Of a DNA stretch of 59,157 nt, positions 44,180 through 51,052 are shown one piece after another. Positions within the stretch are counted from its first letter, which is position 1; each line of letters begins with the position of its first letter. Below the pieces are notes generated by a model. That model searched no databases, was not told the origin of the DNA, and saw only the letters and a list, made by a program, of their open reading frames with translations. The translations under genes and the position numbers were made by a program. Origin of the DNA: Candidatus Woesearchaeota archaeon (lineage in GTDB: Archaea; Nanobdellota; Nanobdellia; Woesearchaeales; UBA10216); NCBI GenBank assembly GCA_016935265.1, contig JAFGRH010000043.1, forward strand, positions 1 through 59,157, given 5' to 3'.

Positions 44180-44879
44180 TTTTCCACCTCTCCAAAATCG
44201 CTTAGGTTTTTCTGGTTCTTGCCGTTAACAAGTTCCTTATACGGAGCCCAGGTCTTCCTGAAGATCTCAGGATGCTTTTCAAAGTTTTCCTTCATAAATT
44301 TTATGGTAAGCGGGTCTGTAAGGTAGCCTGAGCCGAAGTCTCCGTACTTTTTCTTGAGCTTCTCAACCTCATCTTCTCTCGTTACCTTTGCAAGTATCGA
44401 AGCTGCAGAGCACTCCACGTGGTTTACGTCTGCCTTGTGCTCGACGACAGCCTTTATCTTCTTGTTATCAAGCAAGTCCATTAGGTAAGCCTTGTACTTA
44501 ACCACATTGTTGCTCGGGCTGTCTATGACAACGCGTTCAGGCTTCAGCCCGTTTATTATCTGCGCAGACTTGTGCGCCTCAAGCCAGTTAAGGTTAAGCT
44601 TTTTCGAGTTCAGCGCCTCGTCAACTTCCCAGGGCTCTATTATTATGATGCTGTACTCCTTAGCCATCAAAACAATCTTCTTGAAGAGCTCCTTTCTCTT
44701 GCTGTGCGCTAAAAGCTTGGAGTCCTTTACGCCCATCTTCTTAAGCTCATGCAGCTTGGATTCCTCTATCAGGATTCCTGCCATTACCATGGGGCCGATG
44801 ACGGGGCCTTTAGGAGAGCTACAGAGAACTACTTGTTCTGAAACTCACTTCCTGCCTCATCAATGCCGCAAACTAGCAT
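44176..44879 (-). CDS. rnhB: Ribonuclease HII, interrupted by a 38-nt BHB intron. Exon 1 is 44879..44848 and exon 2 is 44809..44176.
   Basis: The ORF track shows only the 204-aa 3' part, which starts inside the conserved N-terminus (MVMAGI). Upstream, in another frame, ATG 44879 encodes MLVCGIDEAG followed by a stop. Removing 44810-44847 joins the frames and yields MLVCGIDEAGRGPVIGPMVMAGI. That contains GIDEAGRGP, the RNase HII catalytic motif I recall. Spliced length is 666 nt (221 aa). Confidence 0.8.
44810..44847 (-). other. Bulge-helix-bulge (BHB) intron within the rnhB mRNA.
   Basis: On the RNA strand the central 4-bp helix is AGGA (44853-44850) paired with UCCU (44815-44812). It is flanked by the 3-nt bulges AGU (44849-44847) and AAA (44811-44809). 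The intron-internal helix is GAGUU (44846-44842) paired with AGCUC (44820-44816), topped by the hairpin AGAAC-AAGUA-GUUCU. Cutting after the second bulge nucleotide on both strands gives the in-frame junction AG|A (Arg). Confidence 0.65.
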
Positions 44880-45158
44880 AGTGTGAACTTTGTATGGCTA
44901 GTTTTAAAATTTTGTCCTTTGGCGAAGTTTCCACTGGTCATTCCGGAAATTCTTCATATTGCACTGGTCAGACACTGGCGTGAAGCATATAAACGCTGCC
45001 AGCTCAGGGAACACGCAGACCGCCTAAATTATGGCTTTTGCTCAAGAGCAAAACCCATTTACGGCGGTCTGCTCAGCGTTCCCTTCGCTAAAGCCGAGAT
45101 TTCTCTACAGAGTGAGAGAAATCTCAACGGCAGATTGAGGTTTCGGAAGGTAAAGACA

Positions 45159-45728
45159 ATGGAAAAAATTGACTTGAATGGCAAGAATTTGGCAGCATTA
45201 GCAAGAATTCACGCGCATCTGTGTGGTGATGGTTGTCTGTGTTGCTACAAGACTGCTGAGAAGGATAGGAAAAATCGAGCGGACATATATTATTTTAATT
45301 CAAATGTTGACTTAATTAAGTCTTTTAGAGCGGATATGAATTTACTTTTTGGCGTAAAAATGACGTACCTGCCTAAAGAAATGCGATTGGGTGTTAAGAG
45401 TCTGCGAATTGCTAAGATCCTTCTCAATCTTAGCGGTTATGGAACTAGGGAATGGAGAATACCTGCTTTAATCAAAAAAGCTTCTGAAAATGTCAAACTT
45501 GAGTGGATTAGGGCTTATAGTCATGACGAAGGTTACTTGCCGAAAGATAGATTTTGGATTAGAATAAAATCTATGAATCCAGAAGGTTTAAAAGATATAA
45601 AATCGCTTTTAGACGCTCTTGGGATAACGTGCAAGATAACAGGCCCAAACTGTGATAAATCATATTATCTAAACATAAAGAAAATGGGTGGCTTGATAAA
45701 TTTCACTAAAAAGCCTTCTAGAAAATAA
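45159..45728 (+). CDS. Free-standing double-motif LAGLIDADG homing endonuclease (I-DmoI-like size, 189 aa).
   Basis: Motif 1 is LAALARIHAHLCGDGCL and motif 2 is LEWIRAYSHDEGYL, spaced about 100 aa apart. I place the start at MEKIDLNG. The ORF-track GTG start at 44883 adds 92 codons with no Met that coincide with strong RNA-like stems. Confidence 0.8.
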   Translation: MEKIDLNGKNLAALARIHAHLCGDGCLCCYKTAEKDRKNRADIYYFNSNVDLIKSFRADMNLLFGVKMTYLPKEMRLGVKSLRIAKILLNLSGYGTREWRIPALIKKASENVKLEWIRAYSHDEGYLPKDRFWIRIKSMNPEGLKDIKSLLDALGITCKITGPNCDKSYYLNIKKMGGLINFTKKPSRK

Positions 45729-45760
45729 GAGCGGCCACAGCCTAAGCCGTGGCGCGCCAG

Positions 45761-45969
45761 TAGCGGGGGGAAGACTTCCTCTCGGATACAAAGCTTGTAT
45801 TCCGGCTTTGAACTTCCGACCTCCACGAGTGGAAGCAATTGCTTACCGCTGTCTGTGGGTTCCTCAACCAAGAGTTGGTTATGAGCCTTCCGAAGCAGCA
45901 GGTCACTGCTACACCGGGCACTCCTAGTTGGGCGGGACAGACTTCCTGTCACCTCTGCCCTACCCCGCT
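45761..45969 (-). tRNA. Initiator tRNA-Met (CAU) gene containing five introns.
   Basis: Introns on the minus strand, in window coordinates:
- 45928-45954: 27 nt, position 15/16
- 45888-45911: 24 nt, position 29/30
- 45861-45879: 19 nt, position 37/38
- 45821-45852: 32 nt, position 45/46
- 45775-45806: 32 nt, position 59/60

The joined exons give a 75-nt product: AGCGGGGUAGGGCAGCUAGGAGUGCCCGGUGGGCUCAUAACCCACAGGUCGGAAGUUCAAAUCUUCCCCCCGCUA.

Its cloverleaf is complete:
- Perfect 7-bp acceptor stem with A1:U72.
- D arm GGGC/GCCC with loop AGCUAGGAGU.
- Anticodon stem GUGGG/CCCAC with three G:C pairs next to loop CUCAUAA.
- T arm GGAAG-UUCAAAU-CUUCC.
- Discriminator A.

A TATA box lies at -25..-32. 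Confidence 0.85.
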
Positions 45970-45992
45970 ATATATAATCGAAATAACAGTTA

Positions 45993-46002
45993 ATTTATAA
46001 AT
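45993..46002. promoter_or_regulatory. Palindromic TATA box ATTTATAAAT, shared by the divergent tRNA-iMet and EamA genes.
   Basis: It lies 25-32 nt upstream of tRNA position 1 (45969, minus strand). It also lies 23-30 nt upstream of ATG 46024 (plus strand, implying a leaderless mRNA). Confidence 0.5.
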
Positions 46003-46023
46003 CTTTGGTAGTTATTCCCGACT

Positions 46024-46875
46024 ATGCAAGCTGAAATAATGGCTCTGGCTGCTGCAGCTCTTTTTGGGGCTTCTGTAACGACCTTAAAGCGCGGCTTTGT
46101 GCATTCCTCACCTCTGGCATCAACAATAGTTGTTACAGCTGTCAACGTCGTTATTTTCTGGATAATCTCTTTGCTTTTCGTTCCCCTTGACCTGTTCCTT
46201 ACCGCAGGCATTCCATTTTTCATAATCGGCGGGCTTCTTGGGCAGGCTTTGGCAAGGACGATGCAGTACACAGGTGCTGACAAGGTTGGGCCTGCAAGAA
46301 GCCTGACTGCTCTGGCGACAACCTCCATCTTCGGGGCTTTTTTTGCCATCCTTCTCCTTGGAGAAAAGTGGACCCTTCCAGTAATCACAGGAACGCTGCT
46401 TATTATTTTGGGCGTAGCATTCCTTGCAGGCGAGGGAAAGAGGAACTGGAAGCGAAGGCATCTGCTCTACCCCCTGACTGCTTCAGTAATCTACGGTCTC
46501 GTCATAGTTCTCCAGAAGGCAGGGCTTACGATAACACAAAGCGCAATAGTAGCCGTAACTGTAACGACAACCTCTGCCCTTATCGGCTTGTTCTCATACG
46601 CAGCAGCAACAGGGAAGATAAGAAAGCTAAGCCTCGGAAAGGCAAGGAACCTTTTCGTGCTGGCAGGCATTTTCAACAGCATTGGCTTCCTCCTCAACTT
46701 CGAGGCGCTCAGGCTCGGAATGGTAACGGTAATAATGCCGCTTGTAGGAACACAGCCATTGTTCGCCACATTATTCAGCAGGCTCTTCCTGAAAGGATTT
46801 GAGAAAATAACGTGGAATGTCGTTGTGGGAGCAATTATAGTTGTTTTAGGTGTTGCTGTGATAACTGGGCTTTAG
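46024..46875 (+). CDS. EamA/DMT-family transporter.
   Basis: Ten hydrophobic segments in two EamA-like halves. Confidence 0.8.
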   Translation: MQAEIMALAAAALFGASVTTLKRGFVHSSPLASTIVVTAVNVVIFWIISLLFVPLDLFLTAGIPFFIIGGLLGQALARTMQYTGADKVGPARSLTALATTSIFGAFFAILLLGEKWTLPVITGTLLIILGVAFLAGEGKRNWKRRHLLYPLTASVIYGLVIVLQKAGLTITQSAIVAVTVTTTSALIGLFSYAAATGKIRKLSLGKARNLFVLAGIFNSIGFLLNFEALRLGMVTVIMPLVGTQPLFATLFSRLFLKGFEKITWNVVVGAIIVVLGVAVITGL

Positions 46876-46877
46876 GA

Positions 46878-47900
46878 TTAGCGCTCTGCGAGGTGGTGCA
46901 GGTTTCTGCCGCTGAAATTAAGCTCGTAAAGGGAGTCTGAAGGCTTTAATGCAGAACCGCATTCTTCGTTAATCGCCTGCAAAGCTTCAACAACGTGCCT
47001 GCTTCCCCTTGAAGAATTGTAAGAAACATTTATTCTTCCGTCTCTTCCATCATTGGTTGCTATTATGACCTTTCTTTTAGCTCCTGTGTTATGGCCGCTG
47101 TACCCGACAGCCAGGATTCTGCCCCTCAGGAAATTCTCGAGTGCGCTCCTCGGATCAGCAGTATGTGAGAATTCTTCAAGAATCTTTGGGGTCAGCTTTT
47201 CGTGCCCGTTTCCTGAAAAATTATCTGAGCTTACGGTAATCGGAAGCATGTCCTCCACGAAATGGCCGAAGGGGGTGAGCATCTGCTTGCCCTCCATGTA
47301 AAGCTCGTAAACGCCATTTATCTGGTCGAAAAGTTCGTCAAGGAACCTAATGTAATTCTCAGCTCCTTGCTCCCTCGCTTTTCTCGCTTCTTCCGGAAGA
47401 ACTTTTGGTAGAAGCTTGAGCATGTAGTTCTCCTCTACCCCTTTCCCTATTGTAAGAAGGTCAGATATCTTGTCCCTGTAAGTCCTCCCGCTGAAGACCG
47501 TCTTCGGCTTGTCAGGGGTGGAGCCGAGCTGCTCAAGAGGCAGCCCTGAAAGAGAAGCAAGCAAGCCGTCGAGATGGGCTTTAGTGTCTTCTGTTTCATA
47601 CGTGAAATATACAACTTTGTTTGCGAGCCGGTGCACGCCTTCCATGGCGTCAAGGGCTTTCTGCCCGTGCTCCTTAAGTGCTTCCTCAAGCCCCTCTCTA
47701 ATGTCCTCGCCTGATGGAAGCTGAATCCCGTAATCACCGAAAAAAGCTTTGAGAGAGTTAAGCATGCTGACAGAAAGCGCTTCTGGCTCTGAATTATTCT
47801 CTTCTGCGTAAAGCTGTGCCACGGCTTCAATGTTGCCGGCTGTCTTCTGCAAGCGCTCAAGAACAGCATCAACCGTATTCTCCTTGACCGGCTTGTCCAT
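46878..47900 (-). CDS. Hypothetical cytoplasmic protein.
   Basis: ORF track, 340 aa. No motif recognised. TATA GGTTTTTAAACGG (reverse strand) lies about 30 nt upstream. Confidence 0.5.
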   Translation of the reverse strand: MDKPVKENTVDAVLERLQKTAGNIEAVAQLYAEENNSEPEALSVSMLNSLKAFFGDYGIQLPSGEDIREGLEEALKEHGQKALDAMEGVHRLANKVVYFTYETEDTKAHLDGLLASLSGLPLEQLGSTPDKPKTVFSGRTYRDKISDLLTIGKGVEENYMLKLLPKVLPEEARKAREQGAENYIRFLDELFDQINGVYELYMEGKQMLTPFGHFVEDMLPITVSSDNFSGNGHEKLTPKILEEFSHTADPRSALENFLRGRILAVGYSGHNTGAKRKVIIATNDGRDGRINVSYNSSRGSRHVVEALQAINEECGSALKPSDSLYELNFSGRNLHHLAER

Positions 47901-47983
47901 ATTAGTGATAACAGAGATCTGAAACCGTTTAAAAACCTTACCCTTCCAAAACCTTTAAAAGCAGCCCAGCTCTCCTTCTGCAT

Positions 47984-48050
47984 GCGGGAAAAGTCCGTGG
48001 GACTAAAGCGTAGCTTTATGTCCCACTTGAGTGCCTTTACTCAATTTTTC
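47984..48050 (+). ncRNA. Candidate small structured RNA, or a structured 5' leader of the tRNA-Ser transcript.
   Basis: TATA TTTAAAA at 47954-47960 is about 27 nt upstream. A 13-bp hairpin GUGGGACUAAAGC-GUA-GCUUUA(U)GUCCCAC is followed by a 6-bp hairpin UUGAGU-GCCUUU-ACUCAA. A U5 run follows at 48045-48049. Confidence 0.25.
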
Positions 48051-48063
48051 CGCGAAAAATTGT

Positions 48064-48269
48064 GCCGCGGTCGCATAGCCTGGCCATTGCGGTGGATTGC
48101 TAGGAGCCCTGGTTCCTTAGAAACCTACAATGGCACACAGAAATTCACTGTCCGAAAGGGCACGGGAGTTCAAAAACTGCAAACTCAGTTTACACGTTAG
48201 GTCGGCATGAAGCCGACCAGTGCGCTTCGCGCATAACGGGATTGCAGCTTGAAAGTCTCCCCCGCGGCG
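48064..48269 (+). tRNA. tRNA-Ser (GCU) gene containing two introns.
   Basis: Introns are 48103-48142 (40 nt, canonical 37/38) and 48175-48255 (81 nt, T-loop 59/60).

The joined exons give an 85-nt product: GCCGCGGUCGCAUAGCCUGGCCAUUGCGGUGGAUUGCUAAUUCACUGUCCGAAAGGGCACGGGAGUUCAAAUCUCCCCCGCGGCG.

Its cloverleaf is complete:
- Perfect acceptor stem GCCGCGG/CCGCGGC.
- D loop AGCCUGGCCA.
- Anticodon stem GUGGA/UUCAC with loop UUGCUAA.
- Long variable arm GUCC-GAAA-GGGC (type II tRNA).
- T arm GGGAG-UUCAAAU-CUCCC.
- Discriminator G, followed by a U-rich tail. Confidence 0.85.
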
Positions 48270-48363
48270 TTTCTTATCACCAATCGAGGACAATTTTTCT
48301 CTTGCCATAATGAAAAGCAATAAAAGTAACGGAGTAAAAGAACTAATTTAGGGGGGTGAAATT

Positions 48364-49440
48364 ATGGGCGAAATTAATGTTGCGATTATAGGTGTCGGGA
48401 ACTGCGCGAGCAGCCTGGTGCAGGGGGTTCATTATTACAGGGATGCAAAAGAGGGCGAGTTTGTTCCGGGCCTTATGCACGTCAACCTTGGCGGCTATCA
48501 CATCAGGGACATAAACTTCGTTGCTGCTTTTGACATAGACAAGAACAAGGTAGGAAAAGACATTTCTGAAGCTATTTTTACAGAGCCGAACAACACTTAC
48601 AAGTTCACTGACGTTCCGCCTCTCGAAGTAGTTGTCAGCAGGGGCATGACCAACGGCAGCCTTGGCAAGTACCTCAGCCAGGTTATAGAAAAGGCTCCCG
48701 GAACTACTGCAGACATAGAGGGCATACTGAAAGAGACAAAGACAGATGTTGTGCTTAACTACCTGCCTGTGGGAAGCGACGATGCAACAAAGTGGTATGT
48801 CGAGCACATACTTAATGCGGGCTGCGGCATGGTGAACTGCATACCTGTTTTCATAGCGAGCGATCACGGATATTGGGCAAATCGCTTTGAGGAAAAGGGA
48901 TTGCCGATAATAGGTGATGACATAAAGAGCCAGGTTGGCGCGACAATAACCCACAGGATGCTTGCGAAGCTTTTCGTGGATAGGGGAGTTAAGCTTGAGC
49001 ACACATACCAGCTAAACTTCGGCGGAAATACTGATTTCATGAACATGCTTGAGCGTGAAAGGCTTGAAAGCAAGAAGATAAGCAAGACGAACTCAGTTCT
49101 TTCCCAGCTTGATTATGAAATGGACCCTGCTGACATCCATGTGGGGCCGAGCGACTATGTTCCCTGGCTGAAGGACAGGAAGTTCTGCCACATAAAGATG
49201 GAGGGAAGGACTTTCGGCGATGTCCCCCTCATCATTGACATGAAGATGGAAGTCTGGGACAGCCCCAACTCGGCAGGCGTCGTTATAGATGCACTAAGGT
49301 GCGTCAAGCTTGCAAAGGACCGCGGAATTGGAGGCCCTCTGATAGCGCCAAGCAGCTATTTCATGAAGTCCCCTCCGGAGCAGTTCAGCGATTCAGAAGC
49401 AAGGCAAAAGACTGAGGAGTTCATAGAGGGAGAGCTGTAG
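48364..49440 (+). CDS. ino1: myo-Inositol-1-phosphate synthase (archaeal type).
   Basis: [23 protein letters not shown]-terminus. Length and overall pattern resemble archaeal MIPS. A strong SD, GGGGGGTGA, lies 5 nt upstream. Confidence 0.8.
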
Positions 49441-49447
49441 GGCTAAG

Positions 49448-49476
49448 AAGCCCGCAGTTGTGGGCTTTTTTTCTTT
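49448..49476 (+). terminator. Hairpin plus T-run downstream of ino1.
   Basis: AAGCCC-gcagttgt-GGGCTT followed by TTTTTTTCTTTT. Confidence 0.45.
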
Positions 49477-49530
49477 TCACAAAGTTTAAATACGGACTAA
49501 CCTGCCATGCGAGTGGGGAGGTTGATAACT

Positions 49531-50085
49531 ATGGCTAGCACAGGTCTTATTATCGGAATTGTAGTTGGTGTTATTGTCCTGTTTGTGATACTGCTGTACA
49601 ACAGCCTTATCAGGCTAAGGAATCAGGTGAGGAACAGCTGGGCGCAGATTGACGTTCAGCTGAAAAGGAGGAATGATCTGATTCCCAACCTTGTTGAGTC
49701 TGTTAAGGGCTATATGAAGCATGAAAGGGCTGTTTTGGAAAATGTCACTAAGGCAAGGACTTCTATGATGTCAGCAACAACAACAGAAGGCAAGGCAAAG
49801 GCATCTGACATGATGACTGGCGCTCTGAAGTCGCTTTTCGCAGTTGCAGAGAACTATCCCACTCTGAAGGCAAATGAGAATTTCCTCCAGCTTCAGGAGG
49901 AGATAACAGGAACTGAAAACAAGATTTCCTACGCAAGGCAGCACTACAACGACATCGTGATGGTGTTCAACACAAAGATTGAGACCTTTCCTAACAACAT
50001 CTTCGCAAAGCAGCTTAACTTCAAGCAGGAGCAGCTCTTCAAGACAGCAGAGGAAGAAAAGAAGAACGTTAAGGTCAAGTTTTAA
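49531..50085 (+). CDS. lemA: LemA-family membrane protein.
   Basis: YNSLIRLRNQVRNSWAQIDVQLKRRNDLIPNLVE..YPTLKANENF..LQEEITGTENKISYARQHYND. I chose ATG 49531 as the start, with GGAGGT 8 nt upstream. Confidence 0.85.
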   Translation: MASTGLIIGIVVGVIVLFVILLYNSLIRLRNQVRNSWAQIDVQLKRRNDLIPNLVESVKGYMKHERAVLENVTKARTSMMSATTTEGKAKASDMMTGALKSLFAVAENYPTLKANENFLQLQEEITGTENKISYARQHYNDIVMVFNTKIETFPNNIFAKQLNFKQEQLFKTAEEEKKNVKVKF

Positions 50086-50090
50086 GCGCT

Positions 50091-50987
50091 ATGAAAATTG
50101 CCTTTGATGAGATAAGGGCGAACAAGTTCAAGTCTTGGCTGCTTATAGTAATATTTGCCGTCCTGATTGGCGCGCTTGGCGCAGCAGCCGGCTTTTTCTA
50201 CGGCAGCCTCTATTTTGGGTTTATTTTTGCAGTTATTGTCGCTTTAATCTACGCTCTGATAATGTTCAAATCCGGAGACAAGATGATTCTGAAGATGTCA
50301 GGGGCAAGGCCTGTAACAAAGCAGGAGTTCCCCCATCTTTACCACACTGTTGAGGGGCTTGCTGTTGCTGCAGGCATCCCGACGCCGAAAGCCTATGTTA
50401 TAGAGGATTCTGCGCTTAATGCTTTTGCTACAGGAAGAGACCCAAAAAACGCTTCAATAACTGTTACCACAGGCTTGCTTAAGGTTATGAACAGGCAGGA
50501 GCTTGAGGGTGTTATTGCTCACGAAATGTCCCACATCAAGAATTTTGACATCCGCTTTATGATGCTCACTGTGGTGCTTGTCGGAATCATAACTCTTCTT
50601 AGCCAGTTCCTGCTGAGAAGCTTCCTGTGGGGCGGCAGGGGAAGAAGCAAGAACAGCGGACAGCTTGCAATAGTTTTCATAGCTGCGGGGCTTATCCTTG
50701 CAATACTCTCACCAATAATTGGCGAGATGGTGAAGCTTGCCATTAGCAGGAAGAGGGAGTACATGGCGGATGCAAGCGGTGCTGTTTTGACAAGATACCC
50801 GCCTGGCTTGGCAAGCGCCCTGAAGAAAATATCAAAGGACCCTGACCCATTAGTGGACAAGGCAAACCAGGCTACAGCACACTTATTCATTTCAACGCCA
50901 TTCAGAAAGTCAAAGGGCTTCCTTACAGGGCTCTTCATGACCCATCCGCCTATTGAGGAGCGGATTAGAAGGCTTGAGGCTATGTGA
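50091..50987 (+). CDS. htpX: HtpX-family M48 zinc metalloprotease.
   Basis: NAFATGRDPKNA, the zinc site HEMSHIKNFD, EYMADASG and THPPIEERI. Confidence 0.9.
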   Translation: MKIAFDEIRANKFKSWLLIVIFAVLIGALGAAAGFFYGSLYFGFIFAVIVALIYALIMFKSGDKMILKMSGARPVTKQEFPHLYHTVEGLAVAAGIPTPKAYVIEDSALNAFATGRDPKNASITVTTGLLKVMNRQELEGVIAHEMSHIKNFDIRFMMLTVVLVGIITLLSQFLLRSFLWGGRGRSKNSGQLAIVFIAAGLILAILSPIIGEMVKLAISRKREYMADASGAVLTRYPPGLASALKKISKDPDPLVDKANQATAHLFISTPFRKSKGFLTGLFMTHPPIEERIRRLEAM

Positions 50988-51052
50988 TTTCTTCTTTTAT
51001 CGCCACCGCTTGGAGATAAATTTATATAAGGAAAACAGCGTTATTCGGCATT

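Noticed and set aside
44829-44831. An in-frame TAG after GIDEAGSEFQNK in rnhB, considered as pyrrolysine or read-through recoding.
   Set aside because: The upstream and downstream parts are in different frames, because the insert is 38 nt and not a multiple of 3. Read-through therefore cannot join them, whereas excision of the BHB element does.
44883-45158. The ORF-track N-terminal extension (92 codons from a GTG) of the LAGLIDADG gene.
   Set aside because: It would start 3 nt from the rnhB start, inside that gene's promoter. It has no internal Met. It coincides with perfect 8-10-bp stems. The LAGLIDADG fold is already complete from MEKIDLNG onward.
45730-45975. I first read this structured intergenic RNA as an RNase P RNA or SRP RNA. 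It contains AGGAAGUC twice, ACGGCUUA, GCGGUAAG and CUAGGAGUGCCCGG.
   Set aside because: It lacks the universal ACAGAA..GGCUUA context and a GGAA-capped SRP helix 8. The whole segment is fully explained as an initiator tRNA-Met with five BHB introns, plus a 3' trailer hairpin and T-run.
47447-47983. A 178-aa minus-strand ORF overlapping 46878..47900 in another frame.
   Set aside because: Its translation is Arg/Ser/Leu-rich and low in complexity, and it would run through the promoter region. The 340-aa frame is the more protein-like one.
47984-48290. GGGAAAAGUCC near a TATA-driven start, together with ACAGAAAUUC, looked like RNase P conserved regions CR-I and CR-IV.
   Set aside because: No partner strand gives a canonical P4 helix. 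Positions 48064-48269 resolve cleanly into tRNA-Ser(GCU) with two introns. Only the first ~65 nt remain unexplained; they are reported separately at low confidence.
48343-49002. A 219-aa minus-strand ORF opposite the inositol-1-phosphate synthase gene.
   Set aside because: The plus-strand frame has clear MIPS motifs and a strong SD. The antisense ORF is a shadow frame.
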